This document shows, piece by piece, positions 42,089-51,591 of a DNA stretch of 64,000 bases. A model generated the notes under the pieces. That model was not told where the DNA came from. It saw only the letters and a list, made by a program, of their open reading frames with translations, and searched no databases. The translations under genes and the position numbers were made by a program. Source of the stretch: an uncultured archaeon (GTDB lineage: Archaea; Asgardarchaeota; Heimdallarchaeia; Heimdallarchaeales; Heimdallarchaeaceae); contig CAZHRF010000003.1 of assembly GCA_964534625.1 (NCBI GenBank), positions 65,486-129,485 on the forward strand. Reading direction: 5' to 3'. Within the stretch, counting starts at the first letter, position 1, and every line of letters begins with the position of its first letter.

Positions 42089-42916
42089 ATGAGTGAAAAC
42101 AGTCAAAAATGTCCAAATTGTAGTGAGCCTATTCCACTAGAATATAGTGTTTGCCCTTTCTGTGGTTTTGGTATCCTTGAATTTGAATTACAAAAATTTG
42201 CTTATACTCCATCTTATAAAGAGGTTTATTATCGTCTATATTCATTTTTACGCGCACCTCTCAAAACCAGTAAGAACCAATTTACACACGCAAATGAAGT
42301 AAGAGCGGCCAAGCATTTTATGTTGATTTTTTCTTTCTTCTTGTCTTTACGTCTTTTTTTTACTCTATCAAAAATGGGTTTAAACTATCAAACTGTTTTG
42401 GTTATTGGCATTACTGAAAATATTTCTATTACTATTAGGATGGGCTTCTTCTTATTCATCTTCTGTATTTTTATCTTGCCTTGGTTTATTTGGTTCGGTT
42501 ATAGATTACTCTTCACATTAGGTACGTGGTTAATAACTCGTTTTTGTGGTATGCTAGGAGCAGATTTATCTAATTTGCAAACAAAAACGGTCTTTGGATA
42601 CATCATTGCGCCAATTGCTGCAGGAGAATTTTTAGGGATTTTATTTACACTTATTGGTCCAAAAGGTTCAATCGGCGATACCTCTATCGATATTACTACA
42701 CTTTATGATGAAATTTTTTCTTTTATGGAGAGTTTTTATATATCTGGCGTTATGATTGTTTTTCGTTTTTTGATGATTATTATTTGGACTATTGCTATTG
42801 TTTACGCAATTTTTGGGATCAGAACCGTTGGGAAGATGGCTTGGGCAAATGCAATAATTGGTATTACTTTTCCCATGGTACTTTTTGTTTACTTCTTCTA
42901 TATCTTGGGTATTTAA
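42089..42916 (+). CDS. Zinc-ribbon plus multi-TM membrane protein (Yip1-like topology)
   Basis: N-terminal CPNC...CPFC ribbon followed by about 5 TM helices. The Yip1-domain assignment is a weak impression. Confidence 0.5.
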   Translation: MSENSQKCPNCSEPIPLEYSVCPFCGFGILEFELQKFAYTPSYKEVYYRLYSFLRAPLKTSKNQFTHANEVRAAKHFMLIFSFFLSLRLFFTLSKMGLNYQTVLVIGITENISITIRMGFFLFIFCIFILPWFIWFGYRLLFTLGTWLITRFCGMLGADLSNLQTKTVFGYIIAPIAAGEFLGILFTLIGPKGSIGDTSIDITTLYDEIFSFMESFYISGVMIVFRFLMIIIWTIAIVYAIFGIRTVGKMAWANAIIGITFPMVLFVYFFYILGI

Positions 42917-42937
42917 ATTGTAACAATCTTATTTTTT

Positions 42938-43399
42938 TTATCCAATTGTATAAGCCAATTTCAGCATATCACCATCTTTTATTTTATATGTGCTTACACC
43001 CGTTTCAGCATATATCCAAGTTTCATCACAATATTGGCGATAATAAAAAGCCCAATAATCGGGAGGGTTGGCCACATAACCATTAACACCCTCTATAAAT
43101 ATTCCAAAAGAATAATTTTTTGTCTGTAAGTCTACCACTTCATTAAATGCATCATAGGCGGAAGTACCGGATTTAACCGTTATATTATAAAATTCTTCTT
43201 GTGGTGTTTTTAGTTTGCCGTAATCTAGCACTATGGTAATATTAAATGGGTCATCTGTTATCTCTGGCATTTTTTGATATTCAAAGTAGATAACAAGACC
43301 CGTTGTTGCTAATAATAGAATAATAGTTCCTATTATTGAAAAAACTATCTTATGTCTTTTCATTTTTGTTTGCTCCCTTATTATAATCTTCTTTTTCAA
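42938..43399 (-). CDS. DUF4430-like (transcobalamin-like fold) secreted protein
   Basis: N-terminal TM, then TSAYDAF...GVNGYVAN...YWAFYY...GDMLKLAY, a pattern I associate with DUF4430 proteins found next to ECF S-components. The start is possibly the ATG at 43363. Confidence 0.5.
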   Translation of the reverse strand: MKKKIIIREQTKMKRHKIVFSIIGTIILLLATTGLVIYFEYQKMPEITDDPFNITIVLDYGKLKTPQEEFYNITVKSGTSAYDAFNEVVDLQTKNYSFGIFIEGVNGYVANPPDYWAFYYRQYCDETWIYAETGVSTYKIKDGDMLKLAYTIG

Positions 43400-44006
43400 G
43401 AGTCATTTTAAAATCAAATAAGTCTAAAAGTTTAATTCCACGTATTTTAAATGCCACTTCAACCCATCCTATAATACTTTTAATTAAGCTGAATAATATA
43501 AAATTACCAATGAGATGAATTAGAGTAAATGGAATACCAAAGATCAGTAAGGCTAGCACGGAACTAGTTAAAACTTGTTGGAAAACAAGTATATATCCAC
43601 CTAATGTCGTGATTAAATCATAAATTATTGCAAAAAGACTCCCTATTATGCCTAATTCCCACCATGATAATCTATATATTAGATTTCTCATTTTTCCCGC
43701 TATTATAGCCAGTGGTATATATGAAAACAATTTAAAAAAAACAATAAGTCCTCCTGATCCATAAATACTAGTGACAATAAATTCATAAACAAAAATTATT
43801 GCAACACTACTGATTAATCCATAATAAGCACCAAATAATAAAGCTATTAAAAAAATTGTTACGGAAATAAATTCTATATTTGGTATGAGTACCATCATCA
43901 CAGATAAAATTATACCAAAACTAGCTAATGTACCACTAATACTTATTTTTAGTAATGAAGATATTTCTATTTTAGTTTTTTCAAGTGGTGTTTGATTAGA
44001 ATGCAT
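43350..44006 (-). CDS. Membrane protein, ECF-transporter S-component-like
   Basis: About 6 TM in 218 aa, overlapping the DUF4430-like gene. The assignment rests on topology and neighbourhood, not on a motif. Confidence 0.4.
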   Translation of the reverse strand: MHSNQTPLEKTKIEISSLLKISISGTLASFGIILSVMMVLIPNIEFISVTIFLIALLFGAYYGLISSVAIIFVYEFIVTSIYGSGGLIVFFKLFSYIPLAIIAGKMRNLIYRLSWWELGIIGSLFAIIYDLITTLGGYILVFQQVLTSSVLALLIFGIPFTLIHLIGNFILFSLIKSIIGWVEVAFKIRGIKLLDLFDFKMTLEKEDYNKGANKNEKT

Positions 44007-44090
44007 ATATCTTGAACCTACATTTCTGAATTTCTCTTCTTATCAAATTGCAATTCTCATTGCATCATTCGTTAACATTTTTAGTCATTA

Positions 44091-44582
44091 ATGTCTATGT
44101 ATATATTAGAGAATATGAGTAATACTAAGAAAGATGATCTCTTAAGGGTTATTAAAATTGATGTTCTTACAGCTAGTCCCGAATTTACAACAGAGGATGA
44201 GACTATTAAAAGAAGTTTTCCAGAGATCCCTTTATTGAACTTTGAACTTGAGGATGGAAAAAACTTTTTAATGTCAAACATACCCACATCGATTGCAGTT
44301 GAAATAGCAAGAAATCAGAGTGGTATGGATAGTTTAGACTCTCGCTTGACTATTGCAGAACTTATTCCTGAATTAGCAAAAATTGACCGTGTAATAATTG
44401 ATGCTATTGTGCCATTTTCAACTGCTTATCAAGCCACACTCGAGGTTACTTTAGAAGCGGTATCAGAAAAACAAGTATTTCAATTAATCCCATCACATGC
44501 TACTTTGATTGCCACTATTGCTAATGCACCTATTTTTGTTTCTAAATCATTGATTATTGCCCAGAGTGAAGAAGGGGAGTAA
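44091..44582 (+). CDS. Bifunctional nuclease (BFN/DUF151) domain protein
   Basis: SRLTIAELIPELAKIDRVIIDAIVPFSTAYQATLEV and IPSHATLIATIANAPIFVS parallel the RPLTHDLL...TFYA and RPSDAI...GAPIFV blocks of DUF151 proteins. Confidence 0.65.
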   Translation: MSMYILENMSNTKKDDLLRVIKIDVLTASPEFTTEDETIKRSFPEIPLLNFELEDGKNFLMSNIPTSIAVEIARNQSGMDSLDSRLTIAELIPELAKIDRVIIDAIVPFSTAYQATLEVTLEAVSEKQVFQLIPSHATLIATIANAPIFVSKSLIIAQSEEGE

Positions 44583-44620
44583 TTTGTGATTCGATAGGTT
44601 AAAAAAGCAGAATTTTTACA

Positions 44621-44806
44621 ATGTTATACATGTCAAACAATAAAGAAAAAGGAGAAAAATATACAGATAATAAAACAATTCCTAATAAAAACAATGACGA
44701 AGAATATGTGGGACGAGATTGGTCCAAAGTCTTTATGCTATTCTTGATTGTTTTTATTGTTACAGTCGCATGGTATGTTTTGAAAGCTCTAACAGGCATG
44801 GGGTGA
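44621..44806 (+). CDS. Possible small membrane protein (61 aa)
   Basis: Charged N-terminus and a single C-terminal TM (VFMLFLIVFIVTVAWYVL). An antisense ORF of similar size exists, so coding is uncertain. Confidence 0.3.
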   Translation: MLYMSNNKEKGEKYTDNKTIPNKNNDEEYVGRDWSKVFMLFLIVFIVTVAWYVLKALTGMG

Positions 44807-44818
44807 ACATCATCTAGT

Positions 44819-45940
44819 TTAAGCCAAATATCGCTCTTTTCTAGCTTTTTCTAATATTTGATCAACTATGAAGTCTTTTGAATCACGCCAAGACATTTTT
44901 CTGAAAGAATAATTGTCTGGATTAAATGGCTTCTTTCTATAACTTTTAGGGTCTAAGAGTATAATTTGCAGTTGAGGAAATAACGACCACAAAAGATTCA
45001 TCACTTCAATCTTGTCTCGTGGAGGCAAAAGCATTTTCCACAAGAACCCATCTTCAGTTTGTCTGAAATCGGTTTGATAAGGTAGCAGTAAATTCTTTTT
45101 GAGATAAAGAATTTTTACCATTGCTCTTTGACTACATATTGCTTTGAATATTATTTCGTCTTCCAAACCAAAAAAATGTTGATTGAAATCTACCGAATAA
45201 TTTCGTATTACATATTCATTTAGAAATTTTAATCTGCGAGAAAAAGTGTATTGCGGAATATCAATCTTTTTTGATAGATCAGTATTTTTTTGTCTAGCAT
45301 CTATTGCTAGTTCTTTTAAGATTAAAAAATCATGATATCTTATATTATTAAGAACATTTTTTGGTTTCTTTCTGGATATTTTTTGAAAGTAATCATAATG
45401 GAAGATATAATCTACACTATCAAGATTCTTCTTCCATAAATCCCATCTAAATTTCCATTCATTCTTTTTTGGATCCCAGTATGTCAAATCTATATAAGAT
45501 TTGATTCCTTCTCCTATTGTCGTTGAGTGAACAATTTCATCTATTAAGTCATTTTCTTTTAAGTGTTCCAAAAAAAGGAAAAATTTATTTATCGTTCCTA
45601 TAGGAACATGAACTTTAAGATAAACGCCCATAATTGAGCCATAGCAATCAGATATCATTACCGTATATGGATGTAAATAGAGAATTTTTTCGACTAAATT
45701 CAATTTATCAATAGATCCAACATGCAAAAGAAAGATATGACTCTCAAGTCCGACAGAATCTGGATGATACTCACAATAAATACCTTGTATTATATTATTA
45801 TGCTTTAAATTTTCAAATTTTTTCTTAACTGTTGGAGCAGAAAAATCCACTTTATCAGCTAGCTGACTATATGGTAAAATGGGATCTTGAAAAATTTGTT
45901 TTAGTATTTCATACTCACCATGAGACAATACAAGAGACAA
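44819..45940 (-). CDS. Lrp/AsnC-like transcription regulator with duplicated modules
   Basis: Two wHTH-like segments (EILKQIFQDPILPYSQLADKVDFSAPTVKKKFENL and LILKELAIDARQKNTDLSKKIDIPQYTFSRRLKFL), each followed by a putative ligand-domain-like region. Confidence 0.55.
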   Translation of the reverse strand: MSLVLSHGEYEILKQIFQDPILPYSQLADKVDFSAPTVKKKFENLKHNNIIQGIYCEYHPDSVGLESHIFLLHVGSIDKLNLVEKILYLHPYTVMISDCYGSIMGVYLKVHVPIGTINKFFLFLEHLKENDLIDEIVHSTTIGEGIKSYIDLTYWDPKKNEWKFRWDLWKKNLDSVDYIFHYDYFQKISRKKPKNVLNNIRYHDFLILKELAIDARQKNTDLSKKIDIPQYTFSRRLKFLNEYVIRNYSVDFNQHFFGLEDEIIFKAICSQRAMVKILYLKKNLLLPYQTDFRQTEDGFLWKMLLPPRDKIEVMNLLWSLFPQLQIILLDPKSYRKKPFNPDNYSFRKMSWRDSKDFIVDQILEKARKERYLA

Positions 45941-46003
45941 TAAAACTCACACATCTAAATGTACAAAGACCATTAAAAGTTTGATGGAAATGGAGAAGAA
46001 GAC

Positions 46004-46885
46004 CTAGTTGTACTTCTTTCTCCATACAGGTATAGCTAAAAGCATTGATATCAGCAGAGTCGGGAGGAACCAAGTAAAAACGGTTTCTTGGGGTTCAGTA
46101 GTGGGGTCTGTAGTTGTGGTGGGTTCGGGTGGCGGAGGGATGTATCTCCCCCATTTAAAGTCTATATCAAATGGTTGTTCAAATGAATCTATGGATCTTA
46201 TTCTAAGATTTACATCATCAAATATACCTATCTCGGCATTGAAAGTAACTGTTACATTCATTGTGAAATCAGTTAAATTATCTGGAAAACTAAAAGGCAA
46301 GTCGGCATCACCGAGATTAGCAGATAACTGCTCAATCAAAGTAGAATTGAGCTTTGAAGCAGAAAAATCCCCGTGGATATTAAAGTATTCTTCGTTGATT
46401 GTAGAATAGACAGTAATATTTGCCTCTTCCCCAATTTCGTCTAGTGATATATTAAGTAAATCGTCTATTCCGATGAATGTTGCAGTATCATTTATTAATG
46501 TGCTTAAGTATGTCAAATAATCGGATATTGTTCCAATACGTAATGGCAAAATTATTGGAAGTCCATTTGGTAGGATATAAGTTGTTTCCTCTATTTCAAT
46601 TTCTTCAAAGCAAGTTACATTCGATTCAATCAAATCATTAGAGTTATTGTAAATTTCATAAGAATAACAAGATTCGTTAATACTTGGGAATCCAACATAG
46701 AAAGTAAGGTTCTGACTTAAAAAGGCTGTATAATCATCGCCAAATATTCTAAATTTTTTAAGCTCCAACTTATATTCATCTTCTGTAGTTATACCCCATT
46801 CAGTATCTGCTCTTATTGGGATAGTACCAACAATCAATAACGCCATGGTTAAGACGCATACAAAAACAGTAAGGTTTTTTTTCAT
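46004..46885 (-). CDS. Predicted surface protein with a Pro/Thr-rich stalk and C-terminal TM
   Basis: Signal-like N-terminus, many NxS/T sequons, and PPPPEPTTTTDPTTEPQ immediately before the C-terminal TM plus RKKYN. Confidence 0.5.
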   Translation of the reverse strand: MKKNLTVFVCVLTMALLIVGTIPIRADTEWGITTEDEYKLELKKFRIFGDDYTAFLSQNLTFYVGFPSINESCYSYEIYNNSNDLIESNVTCFEEIEIEETTYILPNGLPIILPLRIGTISDYLTYLSTLINDTATFIGIDDLLNISLDEIGEEANITVYSTINEEYFNIHGDFSASKLNSTLIEQLSANLGDADLPFSFPDNLTDFTMNVTVTFNAEIGIFDDVNLRIRSIDSFEQPFDIDFKWGRYIPPPPEPTTTTDPTTEPQETVFTWFLPTLLISMLLAIPVWRKKYN

Positions 46886-46924
46886 AATCTATCAGTAATA
46901 AATAACATATACGCCTTTTTATAC

Positions 46925-48730
46925 TTAATCATATATAGAAAAGTTCTGATGATTTTTAGCTTTTTGAATTACTTCATTTGCAATTTGTTCATCTATTTTT
47001 AATAAAACCATTATTTTTTCTGGAGATGCTTCAGCTATGCTTTTAATATCCTCAAAATGCTTGAATAACATAAAACTTTTTTTCTTGCCAATACCTTTTA
47101 TTGATTCAAATATAGATTTTTTTTTCGATAATGATCTGAGGGTTTTATGATAATTAATCGCAAACCTATGAGCTTCATCTCTAACATGCTGTATCAATCT
47201 TAAAACGGGAGATCCTTTGGGAAAGTTCAATGGTTCATTAGTCCATGTTACAAAAACTTCTTCCTTCTTTTTAGCTATACTAATTACAGAAATTTCAAGT
47301 CCTAATTGTTGTAAAACACTCTTTGCACTATTTAACTGTCCTTTGCCACCATCAATTATTATCAAATCAGGCATGAGATCGTTTTTTAATCTGTCTGAAG
47401 TGTATCGTCTTCTTATTACTTGTTCCATCATTCTATAATCATCAGGATGATCATAGTTTCCTTTTATTCTAAAACGCCTATAGAAAGATTTTCTGGGTTC
47501 ACCATCCACAAAAACAACACAGCTTCCTACTGAGTGTGAACCAGCTAACGTAGATATATCAAAACCATTAATTATGGCTGGCTCTTTTTTTAACTTAAAA
47601 ATAAGCTTCATGTCCTTTCCAACAGAAATCATATCTTTTTTATAAGTAAAAAAACGGCGATACTTTCTTATTTCTTTTTTAGCATTTTTTTCAGCAACTT
47701 CTACTAAATTTTTACTATTTTCATCTTTGGGATGTATAATTGGAATACTTGTATTATCATTAAAAATCGTTAATAAATCACGCTTAACTAAAAGAAGATC
47801 AGGTAGATTGCTCTTAGCATAAATTATTGAGATAAGTTGTGATATCTTTGTGAACGAATCACTCTTTCCTGGTGGAATAATAAAAGAATTAATTTTGTTT
47901 ATTCTTTGATTTTTTATGATAATTCTACAGAAAGAAAATAAATCATCATCTTTTACATATCCTATAACATCAATATCATTATACGGCAATTTCAGATCTT
48001 TTTGAATATTTAAAGTGACTTTTACGGCACGGATAAGATCTCGCAACTTAGCTGCATGTTCAAAATTATTTTCATTTGAAGCTTGCCACATTTCTTCTTC
48101 TAAATTATCTAGTAATCGCCCAACATTTCCGCTCAGGAATTGAATAACATTATCAACAACTTGATCATATTTTTCTTTTTTAACTTTGTTTACACAAGGA
48201 GCTAAACATCGCCCGAGTTTATAACGCATGCATCTTATTCTTCTATTACTCTGGTTGATTTTGTCTACAGATATTTTACAGTTGCTTATTGGAAAAAATT
48301 TTAAGATTATTTTTACAGTATCCCTTAACATGCTGTCACTGAGATATGGACCAAAGTAGACGCTCCCACTATTCTTACTTTCTCCTTCCCTCTCGATTAA
48401 TAATCTAGGGTAGGTTTCTTCCATTGTTATTCTTATGACCAATGAGGATTTGTCATCTTTTTGCTTATAATTAAATCTTGGTTCCAGTTGTTTTATCATT
48501 TTTCTTTCTAATAGTAAAGCTTCTGTTTCATTTCTTGTTTCAACATAGTCAACTCTGTTTCCTATATTTTGTATCTTAATCTCTTTTATTTCATCAGCGA
48601 TAAAATGTTGTTTTACTCGATTTTTAAGATTTTTAGCCTTACCTATATATATTACCAAGCCTTTTTCATCTTTAATCAAGTATACACCCGGTTTTTCAGG
48701 CAGATTTTCTATGTCATCAAGAAGACTCAT
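46925..48730 (-). CDS. uvrC: Excinuclease ABC subunit C
   Basis: N-terminal GIY-YIG (GVYLIKDEKGLVIYIGKAKNLKNRV), a UvrBC-interaction region, an RNase H-like endonuclease domain and a C-terminal (HhH)2. Confidence 0.9.
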   Translation of the reverse strand: MSLLDDIENLPEKPGVYLIKDEKGLVIYIGKAKNLKNRVKQHFIADEIKEIKIQNIGNRVDYVETRNETEALLLERKMIKQLEPRFNYKQKDDKSSLVIRITMEETYPRLLIEREGESKNSGSVYFGPYLSDSMLRDTVKIILKFFPISNCKISVDKINQSNRRIRCMRYKLGRCLAPCVNKVKKEKYDQVVDNVIQFLSGNVGRLLDNLEEEMWQASNENNFEHAAKLRDLIRAVKVTLNIQKDLKLPYNDIDVIGYVKDDDLFSFCRIIIKNQRINKINSFIIPPGKSDSFTKISQLISIIYAKSNLPDLLLVKRDLLTIFNDNTSIPIIHPKDENSKNLVEVAEKNAKKEIRKYRRFFTYKKDMISVGKDMKLIFKLKKEPAIINGFDISTLAGSHSVGSCVVFVDGEPRKSFYRRFRIKGNYDHPDDYRMMEQVIRRRYTSDRLKNDLMPDLIIIDGGKGQLNSAKSVLQQLGLEISVISIAKKKEEVFVTWTNEPLNFPKGSPVLRLIQHVRDEAHRFAINYHKTLRSLSKKKSIFESIKGIGKKKSFMLFKHFEDIKSIAEASPEKIMVLLKIDEQIANEVIQKAKNHQNFSIYD

Positions 48731-48734
48731 ATTT

Positions 48735-50741
48735 TTATCTCACAAGCATTTTCTCTAATTCACGTATTTTATCACGAAATACTGCTGCTTTTTCAAAATT
48801 CAACTCACCAGCAGCTTCTGCCATTCTTTCTTTTAGATCATCAATCATAAATGAGATGTCTTGAATTGTTATATCAGGGGGTAAAGACAAATCATCAGGT
48901 TTTTTCTCTCTTGCTGTTACATCCATTAAAGTTTCTACAATTGATCTTACTTCAGTTCGTACTGTCTGTGGTTCAATGTTATTTTTTCTGTTGAAATCCA
49001 ATTGTATTTGTCTCCGTCTATTATTTTCTGAAATAGCTTCTTTCATAGCTTCTGTTAACTCTGAAGCATAAAGTATGACACTCCCATGTACATTTCTACT
49101 TGCACGGCCCATTAACTGAATTAAGGAACGTTTTGATCGGAGGAACCCTTGTTTATCTGCATCGAGAATAGCCACCAAACTCACTTCAGGTAAATCAAGT
49201 CCCTCCCTGAGCAGATTAATTCCAACAACCACGTCATGTTTCCCTAATCTTAAATCACGTAAGATATCAATCCGATCAAGTGTATCTACTTCATGATGAA
49301 GATATATGGATTTTACTCCCATATCGATTAAGTAATCAGATAATTCCTCTGCCATTTTTTTAGATAAGGTAGTAACAAGAGACCGTTCTCCCTTTTTAGA
49401 ACGCATGTTTATCTCACTTAACAAATTGTCTATTTGTCCCTCTATCCCCCTAATTTCTATTTTGGGATCTACTAAACCAGTGGGCCTGTTTATTTGTTCT
49501 ACAATTGCATCTGAATGTTCCCGTTCATAAGATCCAGGAGTTGCACTTGTAAAAATTACGGTGTTCATGTATAATTCAAATTCATCAAAACGCAAAGGTC
49601 TATTATCAATAGCAGAGGGTAAACGAAAACCAAAGTCTACCAAATTCTTCTTTCGCGCATAATCTCCACGATGCATTCCCCTTAGCTGTGGTATAGTGAG
49701 ATGAGATTCATCAATAACTAATAGAAAATCAGAAGGAAAATGATCAAGAAGAGTAAATGGTGGATCACCAGCTACTCTATGATCAAAATGTCTAGAGTAA
49801 TTTTCCATACCAGGACAATAACGAACTTCTTTCAACAATTCTAGATCATATAAAGTACGTTGTCTTAAACGATGTGCTTCAATGTTTTTTCCTGCTTTCT
49901 TTAAGCTATATAATCTTTCGTTAAGTTCATTTTCAATTGAATCTATAGCTTCATCAAATAAATTGTCATTAGTTAAATAATGAATACCCGGATAAATATC
50001 CAAACTATTGAATTCACGGATCATTTCATTAGTAATGGGATGACGAGCAGTAATACGGTCTATTTCATCTCCAAAAAATTCGATACGATATATATTTGAT
50101 CCATACAAAGGATAAATATCAATTGTATCACCTCTTACCCTAAATGACCTTCGTTCAAGAACAGTGTCGTTTCTATTATATTGATTTAAGACTAGTTGCA
50201 TTAACAAATCTTGTCTATCTAAAGTGCTCCCCGTTTGAAGATATATTCTTTTATTTCTGTAAAGATTAGGATCACCAACACTATAAATGCATGAGACAGT
50301 TGCACAAACGATTACATCATCTCTAGTTGCCAACGCCTCAGTTGTAGAATGCCTAAGGCGGTCTATTTCTTCATTGATGCTAAAATCTTTTTCAATATAC
50401 AAGTCTTTAGCAGGGAGATATGATTCTGGTTGATAGTAATCATAAAAACTTACAAAATACTCTACTCTAGCTGATGGAAACAGTGATTTGAATTCGCCAT
50501 AAAGTTGTGCTACCAAAGTTTTGTTTGGCCCTACTACTAAAGTTGGTTTCTTAACTTTATCAATTACTTGTGCTATTGTGTACGTTTTTCCGCTTCCTGT
50601 AACACCTAGTAATGTTTGTTTCTTGTAATCCTGTGCTGTTATTCCTTCAACAAGTTTCCGAATCGCCTTAGGTTGATCTCCTTTTGGTTCTAAATTTGTT
50701 TGTATAGTTAATGGCATTCTTATTCCACGTACTTTGGTCAT
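48735..50741 (-). CDS. uvrB: Excinuclease ABC subunit B
   Basis: GDQPKAI, Walker A GVTGSGKT, DESH box, helicase motifs and the C-terminal UVR domain (FEKAAVFRDKIRELE). The start is possibly the internal ATG at 50717. Confidence 0.9.
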   Translation of the reverse strand: MTKVRGIRMPLTIQTNLEPKGDQPKAIRKLVEGITAQDYKKQTLLGVTGSGKTYTIAQVIDKVKKPTLVVGPNKTLVAQLYGEFKSLFPSARVEYFVSFYDYYQPESYLPAKDLYIEKDFSINEEIDRLRHSTTEALATRDDVIVCATVSCIYSVGDPNLYRNKRIYLQTGSTLDRQDLLMQLVLNQYNRNDTVLERRSFRVRGDTIDIYPLYGSNIYRIEFFGDEIDRITARHPITNEMIREFNSLDIYPGIHYLTNDNLFDEAIDSIENELNERLYSLKKAGKNIEAHRLRQRTLYDLELLKEVRYCPGMENYSRHFDHRVAGDPPFTLLDHFPSDFLLVIDESHLTIPQLRGMHRGDYARKKNLVDFGFRLPSAIDNRPLRFDEFELYMNTVIFTSATPGSYEREHSDAIVEQINRPTGLVDPKIEIRGIEGQIDNLLSEINMRSKKGERSLVTTLSKKMAEELSDYLIDMGVKSIYLHHEVDTLDRIDILRDLRLGKHDVVVGINLLREGLDLPEVSLVAILDADKQGFLRSKRSLIQLMGRASRNVHGSVILYASELTEAMKEAISENNRRRQIQLDFNRKNNIEPQTVRTEVRSIVETLMDVTAREKKPDDLSLPPDITIQDISFMIDDLKERMAEAAGELNFEKAAVFRDKIRELEKMLVR

Positions 50742-50829
50742 TGTTGAAAAATATAATTATTTATCCACTATTTTTTTAGCTATAAAAAGCTGGATTATAC
50801 TTATTCATAATCTGAAAAATTTATGCTGG

Positions 50830-51591
50830 TTAATTCTTAGAAACAGGGAAGTAAACAGGAAATATAAGGTTACTGAAGTTATTATACATTTCGGGTCTAT
50901 ATGACGCTTCTTCTAGTAAAACTTCTAACTTGATTATCTCAAATTCCGTATAACCTTTCATTTTTGGAAAGTTAGCTGGATTGCCATGGTCTAATATTTT
51001 TTTTATGATTTCACCAAGTTCTGTTAGCTCAACATAAGACTCAAATAACAGATGAATATGAGTGGTTAAGCCATCTAATTGCTTCTCTTCTTCAACAGAG
51101 TTAGATATCCTCACTACAGAAAGAATAGCTGCACGCCTAGTAATGTAATCTTTTGCGTAAACTACTTTACTAAGGGAAGAAAGTACATCTACATCATCAA
51201 GAAACCCTATCGCCCTAATTGCTGCATATTGTAAATCATATCCACTTCCTTCTAAAACACTCAAAAAATAAGGTTTTGATGAGTAGGCTTTTAATTTGCC
51301 TAAGATCTCTAAAACAGCTATTTTTACTCCAAGTGAACTTTCTTGTAAAATATCATGAAGATTATCTAAAACATCATTTTTAACTTTCGGTGTTCTTTTC
51401 ACTAAATCAATTATAGTCTGAGCACCAGCATTTCTCACATTCCAATTACTATCCTTAAGTAGTGAATATAAGATCCATAAGTCATTTTCGGATCCATTAT
51501 TTTTTAGAAATAATGCTACTTTTATTCTAGCTAAAGGATCATCATTCTTTCTCTTTGGTAATACAAACAATCTTTTTATGAAACTAAACAA
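50830..51591 (-). CDS. HEAT-repeat protein (PBS-lyase-type repeats)
   Basis: Repeated xxVRxxAAxxLGxL-like units (NWNVRNAGAQTIIDL, LGVKIAVLEILGKL, LQYAAIRAIGFL, YITRRAAILSVVRI). Last gene of the cassette, overlapping the upstream gene by 8 nt. Confidence 0.7.
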   Translation of the reverse strand: MFSFIKRLFVLPKRKNDDPLARIKVALFLKNNGSENDLWILYSLLKDSNWNVRNAGAQTIIDLVKRTPKVKNDVLDNLHDILQESSLGVKIAVLEILGKLKAYSSKPYFLSVLEGSGYDLQYAAIRAIGFLDDVDVLSSLSKVVYAKDYITRRAAILSVVRISNSVEEEKQLDGLTTHIHLLFESYVELTELGEIIKKILDHGNPANFPKMKGYTEFEIIKLEVLLEEASYRPEMYNNFSNLIFPVYFPVSKN

